From assembly GCA_964187785.1 (NCBI GenBank), contig OZ076409.1, forward strand, positions 7,380,001-7,444,000: DNA of 64,000 bases, read 5' to 3'. Below the pieces are notes generated by a model, which saw nothing but the letters and a program-made list of their open reading frames with translations, searched no databases and was not told where the DNA came from. This DNA comes from Amphiscolops sp. MND2022 (taxonomy: Eukaryota). The number at the start of each line of letters is the position of its first letter. Within the stretch, counting starts at the first letter, position 1. Below, in pieces: positions 1-13,309 of the stretch. Both the position numbers and the translations under genes were made by a program.

Positions 1-2016
1 ATAATTCACACTCCTGGGAAAAATATCTCTGTTGCCGATATGTTAGGTCGCTCTTTTACAAAAGCTGAATTACAACTCAATCAATTAAAACACAAACATT
101 TTCCACCACAAATTGATTTTGCACTGTTACAAAATGGCACTTTTAAACCTATACATCACTTAATTAAACATGAAGAAATCCTACCTCACCAAAAACATGA
201 CTCTCACCCAATTCTCGCTCATTATGGTAGAGATCAATTCTCTATACGTATCAATGACAAAGGAAATGACATTATTGTCAAGCCTTTACAATCCTTTTCA
301 TTTAAATCTATAACTCCTTTTCAAACAAAGTTCAAGACACCTATAAAAAAGAACAATGAAACTCTTCATCGACAATCTCTTTTACTCAATGATACTGATA
401 TTACAAGCGATGACGAAGATCATATATATACCAGAATTCCAAAATCTGACTCTTCTTTCTTACATGACTCAACATTACAAACAAAAAACTATTCTACTCT
501 CAACAAAGCAACCCCTAAAACCTCACAAATATCCGTCTCTGCATTAAATGTACAAACAAATTTACCATCTCTCACACATTGTCCACAGATTTTACCTATC
601 TATGATACATCATTTTTCAAGTACAAAAACTATTTTCAAGGTTTCTTCCTCCCAGATGACTACTCATTAGAGATAACAACACTTCAACAACAACAATCCC
701 AAGACCCGGTTCTCAGAACAGTTTATTTTTGGATTGTTAAAAATGAAAAACCTGAAACTCTAACACCCCTTATCACTGGCGCTCCTTTTCTACATGCTTA
801 CTACAAACGGTTTTCACAACTTTTTATAGATGATTCCACAAATCTTATTAGCCTCTTTAATAAACACCCTCCTACTCAAAACCAATCTTCTACTCCAGAT
901 TTTGTACACGCTACTATTCGAATATGTCTTCCTTTCAGACTATTCAAAACTGTTTTCGACAAAGTTCATGAACACTCTCATACAGGTATCAAGATCACAT
1001 ATAATACATTCGCACAATATTACTACATTTCATTTGTCGAAAAATGGCTTTCCATTTTTATACAAGACTGTGTTGAATGTCAACGCAATAAACACTTTAC
1101 CATGAAAATTCAAACTGCTCCTACACAATCATTTTCAGAACATGCTCCATCTTTCAACTATCGCATTTCAATGAACACTAAAAGACCTATTAATCCTCCT
1201 TCACACAACAAATTCTATATACATGTCATAATTGACGCTTTTATTCACTTTGTCGTTACAGTACCCATCAAATCAAACAATGCAAAAACTGCAATCAAAA
1301 CTCTCCTACACCATTGGATTATTAAATTTGGACCACCCATATATCTTGTTACTGATCGTGGATCAGAATATGTAAACAAAGAAATGGCACACCTTTGTAC
1401 ACTTATGGGAATTCGTCGTTCTCCTAGAACGGCTTACTCTCCTTGGACAAATGGCCTTGTCGAAGTACAAAACAAAAATCTTGGTACACATCTACGAAAG
1501 TTCTTACATGACACACCTAAAGATTGGGCATTCCAAGTCCATATGTACGCTTATGCACATAGTTCACAACCACTTTCGGAACTCAATATTTCTCCTCATG
1601 AAATTGTTTTTCACACAAGAACCAGAATACCCCTTACTTTCGATTTAAATCTTAATAGAGACACCTCTAAAACATGTATTTCACGCTATTGCTTCCAACT
1701 TCCAGAACACTCACATTATGACAAATCAGATCTCAACCCATTTTTTCATAGAACACTTTCAAAACCCATTCCACAATGGTTTCTTGCCGTAGAAACTGCT
1801 ATGTTACAAATTTATTCTACAGTATATGAAAACACTTTACGAAAAATCAATTCACACGCAAACATTACAAAAACTTACCATGAAAGTAAACCACTTCCTG
1901 TTGGCACCTTTGTTTTAAAACGAAATTTCACACATGTACATTTTTCTGGCAAACTAAAACTGGCAAACTATTCCACAACCTACCAAAAATGCAAACAGTG
2001 GTTCTTCTCTTTTTAA
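1..2016 (+). pseudogene. pol: pol C-terminal part: RNase H end, linker and integrase (damaged)
   Basis: HHCC motif (HEHSHTG...CVECQ). Core RISMNTKRP, where the expected first catalytic Asp reads Asn at 1174, plus LVTDRGSEY and NGLVEVQN. Frame is lost near 1960. Confidence 0.9.
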
Positions 2017-3119
2017 CTCAGATGGATCCTTATCAGACGATGACACTCAAACATTTATGACACCATTTACAACAGAAGATTCTCCTCAAACATTTGTGAC
2101 ACCATCTTCATTTAGTACGTCCAATCAAAATACACCATATTTAACATCCAATGACAAGCCTTCAACTTCCTCAACAAATGACAACTCCTTATACAAAATT
2201 ATAATTAACACCCCTCACACTAATATCCCTAGTGACAGATCAAGACACTCTTCTAATAATCAAACAGATTCACTTCCTCCTCGAATTGACAGAACTACTA
2301 AAACTACTTATAAACTACAACAACAACCCAAATTAGATTATAGACTTTTTATAACACCTTCAAAACTGTAACCTCATCATTCTATCAACTGGCTCACTCA
2401 AAACTAGTCACTGCAGCTGAATGCAAGATAAACATTAACAAGTTATCTCAACGATAACCTGTTGAAAACCTCTTTCAAGAATCCTGGATTCTTCCTCTGA
2501 TATATCTTCATCAGCTCCAAGTATTCCTTCTACTCCTGAGTCTTCAATATCAAACACTACAAACTCTAGTAATGTAACTCCTACTACCCCTTCTAAAAGA
2601 CCAAGATCATACGTTTCTGAAACATCATCTTCATCACTCCTCCATAGACCACCTATAACTGAAATTCCTATCACCACTCGTACTCAACAAACCTCTATTA
2701 ATACTCCTATAGTACACATACCAAATCCTGGAAGTGTTGAACAATACGTAAATTACAAACAACCTACAGCTATCAAAACTGTTAGACTACAACCTCAACT
2801 TAATCTTGTACACATCCCTGACACTGAATATACAAAATTACCTCCACTGAAATTACCATCAGAACTCAGTAATACTTCTTCAAAACTTTCTCCACCACTA
2901 AAACCTCTTCCAAAACCTACATCACTATCAAATCTCTTAGACAATACATCAGAATACACTCCATCACAAAATACTACAAGTTCACTTTTTGTACCACAAC
3001 AGAGATATAATCTTCGAGACATTCCTTCACGCAGACTTAGTACAGACACTTCTACACTCAACCTTTCTGCTCTTTCTAGCAATTCTGCTTTAAGACTTGT
3101 ACGACAACACGCACAACCA

Positions 3120-3698
3120 TTGTATTCTGAAAAAAATTCTTCCGAATTTATACCTTCTCCATATTTTGCATCTGGTTTTGAAACCGCCTCTCTACTTTCT
3201 TCAGACGCTCAGACTGCATTCCTTTCTGGAAATCTTTTCTCAGAAGTTATAATACCTACTACTGTTCCTGCACATATTAGAATACCTGAATATTATACTG
3301 CAGTTCAGTCTAGACCTCCAACTCCAAATTTTGCTGACTATCAACTTAGAGTCGATGGTATAACCATCTACGACCCACAACACGATCGTAGATTTCCTAT
3401 CCTTGCAGAACGCTTTATTACAAACAACAATCTCTTATCTCACAAAAGAAAGGAAACAGAATTAAAACGCCTTCAGACACCCAATCTAGAACTCAAATTT
3501 GAAGTTAAAGTTAAATTTCAAGGTTTAAACCCCCATCCAATATTTCACGTCTCCAAGATAGAACATAAAACTTCCCCTGCTCCTTTTAAAGTAGTACACA
3601 TTGATTTTGAACGAGACCTCAATATACCCACTATTACCTATGGCAAAATCACATTCTATAACCCATACTCTGGTCTTAAATATACTACCTCTCTCTGA
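3120..3698 (+). CDS. Element ORF of unknown function between integrase and env
   Basis: 192-aa open frame with element-like composition, preceded by Ser/Thr/Pro-rich broken frames. No motif recognised. Confidence 0.4.
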   Translation: MYSEKNSSEFIPSPYFASGFETASLLSSDAQTAFLSGNLFSEVIIPTTVPAHIRIPEYYTAVQSRPPTPNFADYQLRVDGITIYDPQHDRRFPILAERFITNNNLLSHKRKETELKRLQTPNLELKFEVKVKFQGLNPHPIFHVSKIEHKTSPAPFKVVHIDFERDLNIPTITYGKITFYNPYSGLKYTTSL

Positions 3699-6148
3699 TC
3701 TCTTTACAACCTCTTATATAACAACTCTGATACTCTATTTACACTTATTTAACTTCACCTTTTCAATACCCATAACACCCTCTGATACAGAAAACTATCT
3801 TCCATCGGATGATCCGAATATTACAAATCTCATGGTTTCTCATTATGACTGTGCAAAACAACATAATTTGAGACAGTTTAACTTACTTAATGTGAAACAA
3901 TGCACTGAAGCTCCTTCTAACATTAAACACGCAAGTGTTAAAGCCCGTGTATATGTCCGAGCAAAGGCTAAACGCATCAAAGCTTTTAATTGTGTTGCCT
4001 ATGCAAAGAAAGGAAAATTTGCTTTCAAGGTTCCGTAAAATACCGTCGTGTTGATAGAACTGTATGGAATCATAATACATTACCGCTTCCTGTTATTCTT
4101 GATCCATTAGAATGTAAAAACATTATAGGACATCTAAATGGTACAAATGATAAAATATTGAACAACCTCCACTACAATAAAACTTTCTCACTCCTAGAAG
4201 ATCATTACTTTCAAGAACGATTAGAACAATATCAAACTCCTTTCACTGTATATCAATTAAAAAAATGTATACAGGTACATTTACCTTTATGCCTGCAGAT
4301 AAAAACTGGATATATGACCCTACGCAAAACCCTTATCATAACTGTCCTGCTCATCACAAATTCGAAGTCAACCTAGTTAGTTGGCGCTTAGAAATTTCTG
4401 AAGTAGAACTTACTTATGATGACACATCTAATGACATGATAATAGATGGACATACATTACCCTGCTATTTTGCAGATGGTTTTTGCAAACCCACAACGAA
4501 AACCCCTTTTGCTCTTGTTTGGTTTAATGATTACTATTGCTTAATTTTCACATTACAAGACTTTATTGGTCGTATGACTAAAATCGAAGACAGATATTGG
4601 ATTGAAACACCTTCTTTTGTACATTCTCCACACTCAATAAAACCCAAAACAACTTCTGGTATCAAAGGTACAGAACATCCACATGTTTATGCCCCTCATA
4701 CACAACATCCAAATAACCCAAGTCTTTCACGTTTTGAAGTTTTCCCCACAGCACAAACTTTTTGTGGTAAACCTGACCCACTTTATTCTACACAATATTC
4801 AGACCTTTTTGTTACATACACTGATGGTTTCAATATGCATACAGGACAACCCAATCCTCATTCTATGATTAATGAATATATTTCTGTCAAAATAGTATTA
4901 GACCCTTCAAATAACAAATTTATAATTCCTGCACTCAATGTTTCGAACAATTTTGCTACCATTGACTATGACGCACATATAAATACAAAAATCGATTACA
5001 CTATTAACCACGTTTTTCGATCAATGACAGTACAAGAACTCAATACTCTTCATACACTATGTGAATTAGAACGAAAAGAAATTCTTACAATACTCGCAAT
5101 GTCAGTACAAAATCCTCAATTTGCTGGTTTTCTTTTGACCGGTAATCGAACTAATTTCTTGTACGTCGAAGGCTCAACCGCCTGGCTCTATGATTGTCCT
5201 CATTTCTTATCTCCTTTTTACAAAGCTGATAGATGCTTTGACCGTATACCTATCCACTTTAAAGATACTTTAATGTACGTCGATCCTATTACAAGACAAA
5301 TCTATGACTATGCTACACCAATTACACGTGATAATAATCCACGTAACATTATTGAACTAGATCCTGATTCAGACGATCAAGATTTTTACATTCTTGGACC
5401 TGAACCTTTTAAACGCAAACCTCCACTAATGTTTACACCTTCAAAAATTAAAACTACAATACGCCTTAACACTTTTACAGCTCAAGATGCTGGTATAAGT
5501 TCCAATGCAGAACTTGATCAATTTTGGAATTGTATTTTATTTTCCAAATATTCTGATTCTACACTTGAATTACTAGGCAAAGCTCTCAGTTACTCTTTCG
5601 TTTCATCTAATACTCCTAATTATGATGCAGATTCTCCTCAAGATTCTGGTAATCCTTACAATACACTACGTATAGGACTACATGATAAACTCTTAAATTT
5701 AACTCCTCTTTTTACACCTACATGGTTTTCAGATGCTTTTATTGCACTTTTTGGATACCCTTGTTATATTCTCACACAATGTGGTATATATTTTTCTACA
5801 TTCCTTTTTGTACAAGCTACTCTTACACACATTGTCAAACTTTACAAAACAATATCTATTAAATATAATCTATAAAATAATATTACTTTATTTTGCTCTA
5901 TAGCACATGGTTTTTTTAATGTTCTTACAGCACGAATGGTCACTGACCTCAATGAGACTCACAACAAAAAACCCAAAAGTACACTTTTAAATTCCAAATC
6001 CTTAGATAATTTCATTGACACTTCACCAAATTTAATTATTCATTCTACTGATGTTACTTCCCCTCCACCTTTCTATACTAAACGTCCTAACAGACTTCAA
6101 TTTCCTAAATTTAACTTGTTTCCGAAACGACACCACAATTCCCACTAA
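3601..6148 (+). pseudogene. env: Envelope-like glycoprotein resembling chuvirus G / herpes gB class III fusogens (frameshifts near 4010 and 4262, in-frame stop at 5873)
   Basis: Signal-like TLILYLHLFNFTFS, then YDC..N...FNLLNVKQC, LPCYFADGFC...LVW and LCELER...NPQFAGFLL...GSTAWLYDC...CFDRIPI...YVDPITR. Hydrophobic TM segment (IALFGYPCYILTQCGIYFSTFLFV). ORF 5936-6148 is in frame after the stop. Confidence 0.75.
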
Positions 6149-6557
6149 AAAACTGCTCCACTTCCTTTCTCTCCTGTTCAACATCCTCCACTTCCTAATA
6201 ATACTCATAGAAACTTTCATCCGAATGACAATCTAACTACTCAACATGACACTTTAATTAACAATTCTGTCACCCCTACTACGGATACACCAATTAAAAT
6301 CTATTTGCGAATAAACTATCTTTTCCCTCCTCCATCTTCTTGAACACTCTTTCAGTCTTTTGCAAACTCTCTTCCAGCACACTCGTCTACTCCTTCATCT
6401 CTTCACAATTGCTACTCCTTCACCTCTTGAAACTCTTGCAGAAGTTCATCTTCCTCAATCAAATAACACATCTCTCATCATAACCGTCTTCAAAAACTCC
6501 TCAACTAAAGTTGATAAATCCACTCGTTAGTGTCATTTAAAGTACTATAACTTTAAA

Positions 6558-7868
6558 GTGCTAAGGCCTCTTGTAATAGATAACACTGTGACTGCTGATG
6601 TTTTTCCTTTAAACACAATGACACAAGCACAAATTGATCTACAAAAACAGCTTGAACAAGCAACCCCAGCAGATCTCACAACTAGACCTCTAAATGATCC
6701 TCCCGTTCTCTATATCGAGACTTCTGAACAAACACCTCCAACGTTTCTTGAACAAATGGAACACAAAAAAGTTGAACACGAAAATCCGGAAACTACTACT
6801 TCACATGACGATACTGATCATACACAAACAACACCACCTCCTCCAAAACAGCCATACGAAATCATAAAAGATCCTGTCTTTCTTTCTTCACCAATATATC
6901 CACCTTCAATACCTTCAAAAATTTCGCTTTGTACTAATCGTGATGATCATTTTGATCCCACTTCTATTCATGGCGATTTCGTCTTTAAAGCACAACTAAC
7001 TTCTCTCTATATCCATCCTACTGATTATTCATTTCGCTTATATGACAAAAATCAAGACTTTTTCACATCAATTGGCTCCAAAACAATGGGTCCATACCAA
7101 TATTGGCTTGATAATGGAGTCAAAATTTTCTCTCTACAATTTAACTTTCTACGCCCATCTATCTACGATCTCAAAACAGATGAATCGGATCTATCTTTCC
7201 TTTCTATTTCACAAAAAGCTACTCATCATCAAACGTACACTAAATTCCTACAATACACAAAACCACAAAATCACATTTTCGTCAATTATAAAAATACATC
7301 ACCGTTCACAATGAACAATATGTACACTCTTTATACTTCACGCCCACTTATTGTACCTCAAAAATACCTCATACATTACGATGACTTTTTGTTGCCTTGC
7401 AACATTCCTACTCAAATTGTCAAACCTCTCACTGTCATTAAACATCTAGTATCTTCTCCACTTGACGATAAAGACAGAACCTACAATACAGCACTCTACA
7501 AGCAAACGTATTCCTACAATGAACTTCTCTTCATCTCTGCAAAAACTATTTCGTTTATGGTACAAGCTGAACAAAAAAACGAACATAAAACACACTCTTC
7601 ACCTACCAAAAACACTCCTGACAAACTTTCCTCTGTACTAGATAACCGAACACTGCGAGACATGACCAATTTACTAGAACCATATAAACGAAATCCTTCT
7701 GAAACACCTATCACAACACTCACACATATACTACAATGTTATGACAGAACACACAAACTTCTACAGACACTTGATTTAGACTCTAAACGCATCACTCAAT
7801 CATCCCAAGCAATTCAATCTGCTTTGGAAACTATAACTACTCTTTTTAACACAACTAATCTTCGTTAA
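6558..7868 (+). CDS. Accessory ORF of retroelement, unknown function (Pro/Thr-rich N-terminus, possibly helical C-terminus)
   Basis: 436-aa open frame downstream of env on the same strand; first ATG at 6618. Confidence 0.6.
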   Translation: MLRPLVIDNTVTADVFPLNTMTQAQIDLQKQLEQATPADLTTRPLNDPPVLYIETSEQTPPTFLEQMEHKKVEHENPETTTSHDDTDHTQTTPPPPKQPYEIIKDPVFLSSPIYPPSIPSKISLCTNRDDHFDPTSIHGDFVFKAQLTSLYIHPTDYSFRLYDKNQDFFTSIGSKTMGPYQYWLDNGVKIFSLQFNFLRPSIYDLKTDESDLSFLSISQKATHHQTYTKFLQYTKPQNHIFVNYKNTSPFTMNNMYTLYTSRPLIVPQKYLIHYDDFLLPCNIPTQIVKPLTVIKHLVSSPLDDKDRTYNTALYKQTYSYNELLFISAKTISFMVQAEQKNEHKTHSSPTKNTPDKLSSVLDNRTLRDMTNLLEPYKRNPSETPITTLTHILQCYDRTHKLLQTLDLDSKRITQSSQAIQSALETITTLFNTTNLR

Positions 7869-8324
7869 ACTCTCTTACAGGTAGTACAAATTTCTTCATT
7901 TTTATTCTCTGGTACACCCTATGGTACATATTTAGCACTATATCAAAGGTATTTATATTTTTACCTGCTTAATCAAGGTAATATCTTGTTTTTCTGAATG
8001 AATTCTCAGGAAGAGTTTTAAAGTACATACTTCTTTCCTATAGTACATGTCAAACATAACTAATTTTGTCTAAAACACTACGCATAACACAATGGTACAA
8101 AAAATACAAGACGCAAAAAACAATGGTACAAAAAATACAAGATGGTATAGCAAAAAACTACGCATCATACCTTTTAGCACCTTTTTATATGGTACTTCTC
8201 TTCTATTGTCGTTGTCAAATTCCTTACACTTCGTGTGTTTTAGAAACATCCATTCTTCTTTCTCCTCCTTCCATACTCTTTCAGAACATCTCCACTTCTT
8301 CTTCTTCTACAGGACACTCTCGTC

Positions 8325-8774
8325 ATGGCCCCCAACGCTGAAGTAGAAGATATAACAACTATGACTTCCAGTCAATCAAAAGTACACAGCCTCAAAGCCG
8401 CCATCTTTCATACAATGGCTTATAAACTTTCTATCGAAATCAACAAGAATAAAATCACACCCAAAACTATTATTGCTTTTCTCAAAGTTCTATACAACGT
8501 TGCCCACGAGACGAAAAAAATCACTTTTGAACAGTACTCTCGAATTCATTTGGCTGGCCCAAAAACTGCAATTTGCGAAACTGCATCAAATGCTGTTTTC
8601 GTTTTGAGTTCTGCATTGACATCGAAAGACCAATATTTCCACACTGCCATACAAGAAGCAATCCTTGCCTTCAACAACATTCTCAAAGATTTTGGGTACA
8701 CCCAAACCCTTGAATACTACGACCCACATGTGCATCAAGCACATCCTCCGCCGCAACACCCTTTGTTCCAATAA
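8325..8774 (+). CDS. Second small accessory ORF of retroelement, unknown function
   Basis: 149-aa ATG-initiated ORF with globular-looking composition, upstream of the presumed LTR. Confidence 0.45.
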   Translation: MAPNAEVEDITTMTSSQSKVHSLKAAIFHTMAYKLSIEINKNKITPKTIIAFLKVLYNVAHETKKITFEQYSRIHLAGPKTAICETASNAVFVLSSALTSKDQYFHTAIQEAILAFNNILKDFGYTQTLEYYDPHVHQAHPPPQHPLFQ

Positions 8775-9356
8775 TTACCAAAAACTTTCACTCACTTTTA
8801 TTTACTCTTCAACTACATCTCGTCTTCATTTCTTCATCCTTCTTCGATGATGTCCCGACATGTGGTTGCTGATCACTCCTCCAAAGAACTACGCTGACAC
8901 TTCTCACTGCTTCACGCACACCCTCCAGATGGTCAACATCATCCATCGCCACTGGGTTCTTCCATCTTGACAACCTGCTTCTGCAAATGTCAACTGGTCA
9001 TCACAATCGTCACTTCAATGCTGACTTCTTTCAACTTGACTGGTCTTCTCACTTTGCGCCACTGAACTGGACTCAATTCACTTGTGACGAACTGAACTCG
9101 CCGCAATTCATTTGCCAATTTCAAACTATTTATTTGCCGTAAATGTCAAACTGTATCTTAATAACTTTAATGTAACTTTAACGTATAATCTTATTTATTG
9201 TTAATTCATAGTATAACCTTAATCATGCATAATCTTATCTAATCTTAATCTTGTATAATCGTACTATAATTACCCCCTCTGTTATTAAACCCTTACAAAA
9301 ATTCATCTATAATTACCTTTGTAACCGCAAAATATATCCCCAAATTATATCCCCAT

Positions 9357-10619
9357 TGTCATGTGTATAATACATCTTTTAACAATTCTATAAGCCACAT
9401 CTTTTACAGAACACAAGTCCTACCTATAGTACAAGAAATTTTCTAAGATTTCTGACAAAAATTTTCTCCTTTACAAAACATGTTCTACACCTTTGTTTTA
9501 CTTCCCCAACAGCATTCCCAAAAAAGTTCCAAAATTTTTCTTTTGACCATTTCAAAACTCTAACTTTTCGTTTTTCAATGTTTGAAACTTGCAATTGCCA
9601 AAGTTCTTTTATTTCCAGAACTTCTTGCTTCTGCTTTACTCTTCACTTTCGTTGAAAATGAACTCTCACCAGAACCTTGACTTTTCGAAACTTCTTCACT
9701 TTTGGTTCACATACCCGCCAATGTTGGTTCACAACTCATTGACAACATCACGTTTTAATTTTTCAACTTGAAAAGTTTTCAAAGCTGACTAACTCCTGTT
9801 GATGAAAATTTTTTCAAACAAGCTGATGGCTGATACGAAAAAGAAACATCAAATAGTAAATAAATGTCAACAATAACTTGACCAAAAACTGTCAGTCAAA
9901 GAAACTGAAGGAACTTGAACCTTTTTGCACCAATTGAATCGCGACGTAAGAGGTCAACTCGTCTAAGGTTATTCTCACTACTTAAGTATGGTACATTTCA
10001 GAACAAAACTCATGCATAACAAATATGAACAAATCCATGCACATAACATCTGAAATAGAAACTTTAACTTTTGAGACAAAAAACTTTTAGAACTCCTCAA
10101 ACCCAAAGTGCATATATGTAATTTTAAATTTTAAATTCCCGGTTGATTGTGATGCCATGATGCATGTCCTCAAAGATTCTTTAACTTTGAAATAGCTTGA
10201 ACTCCTAACCCAAGTATTTAGCAGATGTAATCCTATTTGAAAGCTATTTATTCTAGAAGAAACTTCATTAAATATATCCTGTAACAAGCTTCTTAGATTC
10301 ATCCTGTTGCTGTCACATTGTTTATTGATGAAACCTACCCTAGTTAATAGAATATATCTACTCGGAGAAATTGAGAATTCATCCTGACGATCGGTCTTCT
10401 ATCCAGCACTTCAAGAACTGAGATCTCAGAAAAAGATTTGACTTAGAACTAGCTAGCTACCGGACTTAAAGTAAGACGACTTCGCTGTTAAAATCATAGA
10501 CTTCTTATGTCGGTAATAAAACATCCTAAAGAAACAACAACCACACTTTTTAACAGCTCATGTTGTCTCCACATGAACTCACAGAAATAACTGTCAACCA
10601 TGCTTGAAGAAATGTGACA
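9357..10619 (+). repeat. Probable 3' LTR of element 1 (start uncertain: TGTCATG at 9357 or TGTCACATT at 10311)
   Basis: Ends in TGTGACA with AATAAA ~100 nt upstream. TGTCA...TGACA termini resemble the other LTRs here. No clear PPT, and the partner LTR is outside the window. Confidence 0.4.
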
Positions 10620-10859
10620 GCTTCAGTTTTTTCGTTCACGCTGACATACAATTTTGCGAAATTCATTTTTGTGAATCAGAATAAAACCGGAAGTGAGCTG
10701 AACAAATTTTAAAGACTATTCAATATTTTAAAAAAGTGATTAATTTGTTCAAACTACGTGAAATGTTTCATTGGAAACTCAATTGAGAGAAAATTAATTG
10801 CCAGAACAATATCATAGAAAAGTGCGTGGGAAGAGAAAAAGTTCCAATAATAATTTTAC

Positions 10860-11005
10860 CGGTTTTGCAGTAGCAGGTGGTTTGGGGTAGAATTTACCCA
10901 GGGACTTCAACCCGGTCAAAGCTGGGGGCGGGGCTTGAGTTGGCTTGGCAACTGCCCTAGATGGCGTCTCACTCGTCTCCGATACTTGCGAATTGTCTGA
11001 GAAAT
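10860..11005 (-). CDS. Putative host-gene exon (Ser/Pro-rich)
   Basis: Acceptor ttcttgcag, phase-1 open frame FSDNSQVSETSETPSR...; donor uncertain. Confidence 0.45.
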
Positions 11006-12175
11006 CTGCAAGAACAGCAACCAAAATTTGGCTAAAATTGGCATATCGTAACTCTTACAATTTTCATCGCATAATCTTCAAACAAGCATATTTGTAAACT
11101 ATATATAATTTTTTCTCGGAAATATTCTAAATTGTATTAGTATGAGCTTGTTTTAAGTTGATAAAGTTCAAAATCGTATCTTAGTACATGTATTTTTGTA
11201 AAAGTCTAGTTTAACAGCGCATTTTTCTACGATTTTAGGATGATTTCTAAATCAAAACGTATCAAGGGCTTCAGTTAAATCAGGGTAGTCGATTAGACGT
11301 AAAATTTCTCTAAAATTTCAAGCAAACGTTGACTAAAAGTGAAAAAAACTTCAATTTTGACCTAAATTTGGTTAAAAATGGCTTATCCTAACTTCTACAG
11401 TTTTCATCGCATAATCTTCAAACAAACATATTTGTAAACTAGATAAAAATCTACGAAACTTTCACTTTTGTCGTTTCTCAAAAATGCTTTCAACCAGTGG
11501 AGCAACAGTGGAAGAAAGTGAAACCCAATTTTTGAAAACATTTTTCCAAAACATTTTTTGAAAAAAGTGGCAAAGTGCCGAAAAACCCAAAAGGAGATTC
11601 TTTAGACTCGCTAGTATAGACTCAAAAAGGGTGTCGCGAAATGCCCAAAAAATCAAAGGGTTCAAAAAAACTTTGTCTCTGCTCTGGTTTACTTTTGCGA
11701 AAATCAGATAAAAGTTGTCCATCCTGGGATTCGAACCCACGCACACTCACCCTTGCTTGACAGCCGAAGCAACTGATAGAATCTTAGAAAACTGTCAGTT
11801 CGCTGGTGTCAAAAAAGTCACTACTATCTATTGTCGGCTTTTTCTAACGAAATGCGCTGACTAAAAATGAGAGACGATTTTTAAGATCTTTGATGTTCTA
11901 TTTGAAACTTCTAACCGGGCTTTGAAGTGAGTAAGCTGCCTCGTCTTTTCACATGTCTGAAATAATTATTGGCTGAAAGTTTGAAAAAACTCTCAATTTG
12001 TAATTTAGACAGTTTTCATTTGGCACCAACATGCATCAAACGATGCCAAGAAGCCAGCTGCTAAACATTGACTTCTTTGAAAATTTTTAGAAAAGTCTCT
12101 GAAAATCAATATTTCGAAATGTCTCTGCGTTTGCAACTTTACACCAATGCTTCCAATTTTTTCCATAAATATTAA

Positions 12176-13309
12176 CCCTAAATGGACGAGGTAATTTCAG
12201 GATCCATCCAAAAGTCTGCTGATTAAACCTTAAACCGCAATATCTTCTAAACTATTCTCGTCCGACAAACGATTTATAGTGCGTTCGAAAGAAGACAATC
12301 AGGGCTTTCTATTTGATTTTTAAACTGCTTGGCAGAGCTCCGGGCTTTGCGCCAAACCCGTGCACGCCTCGTGTCTCTGATTGCAATTCCGTATGTTTCA
12401 AAACATGCTAGGGCCACTTTGACCCAATATTGATACCAGTGGGATAAAGTGGCCATAAACGAAAACTGAAAAAAACCAGAGCCGCATGTGCGGTAAAGGA
12501 GTCGGCTTAGGTATTTTTTTCTGAAGTCGAAAAATGGCCCTTTTTTGACCATTTTTGGGCTAATTTTGGCTATGTTTCTCACATCCCAGCCATACGATTT
12601 TGATGCCATTGCACATATAGGACTCTAATATGGTGTAGAATATTTGTAGAAAATTTCGTTCGAATCGTATGGACAGTTTTTGAGAAAATCGAAAAAAGTC
12701 GAAAAATGGCTGTTTTTTGGCCATTTTTGGGCTAATTTTGGCTATGTTTCTCACATCCCAGCCATACGATTTTGATGCCATTGCACAAATAGGACTCTAA
12801 TATGGTGTAGAACAACTGTAGAAAATTTCAAAATTTCGTTCGAATCGTATGGACAGTTTTTGAGAAAATTGAAAAAAGTCGAAAAATGGCTGTTTTTTGG
12901 CCATTTTTGGGCTAATTTTGGCTATGTTTCTCACATCCCAGCCATACGATTTTGATGCCTTTGCACACGCAGGAGCCCCTTTGGGTGTAGAATGACTGTG
13001 CAAAATTTCGTGAAAATCGTATGGACAGTTTTTGACAAATTTGAAATTTTCATGAAAAGGTCGGGAGAAAAAAAAACAACACGATTGCATAAGTAGTCGA
13101 AAATTTTTTCCGACTCCTAAAAACGGAAAATCAACGCTGATTTTTTTGGTCCCATTTTTTTCTTGATTTCCGAGACATGTCATTATTCCGTGAAAATGCG
13201 TTCAATGCTATGTAATATTGTCTGAAATTCTTTACCATACAGCCAGCTGGTGCCTTGAGAAATTTGCAGAAACTAACTGGTACGAGATCGTGCCATCGTC
13301 CATTTAGGG
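12176..13309. mobile_element. piggyBac-like MITE with internal ~175-180 bp tandem repeats
   Basis: TIR CCCTAAATGGACGA / TCGTCCATTTAGGG, flanked by TTAA and TTGA. Three internal tandem units at ~12530-13040. Confidence 0.75.

Larger units (their letters stand above)
1..10619 (+). mobile_element. 5'-truncated (by window edge) env-bearing Ty3/Gypsy-like LTR retroelement, degenerate
   Basis: RNase H C-terminus (IIHTPGKNISVADML) at 1-57, then integrase, env-like ORF and accessory ORFs, all on + with a uniform G-poor composition. Probable LTR end ...AATGTGACA at 10619; the 3' boundary is inferred. Confidence 0.8.
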
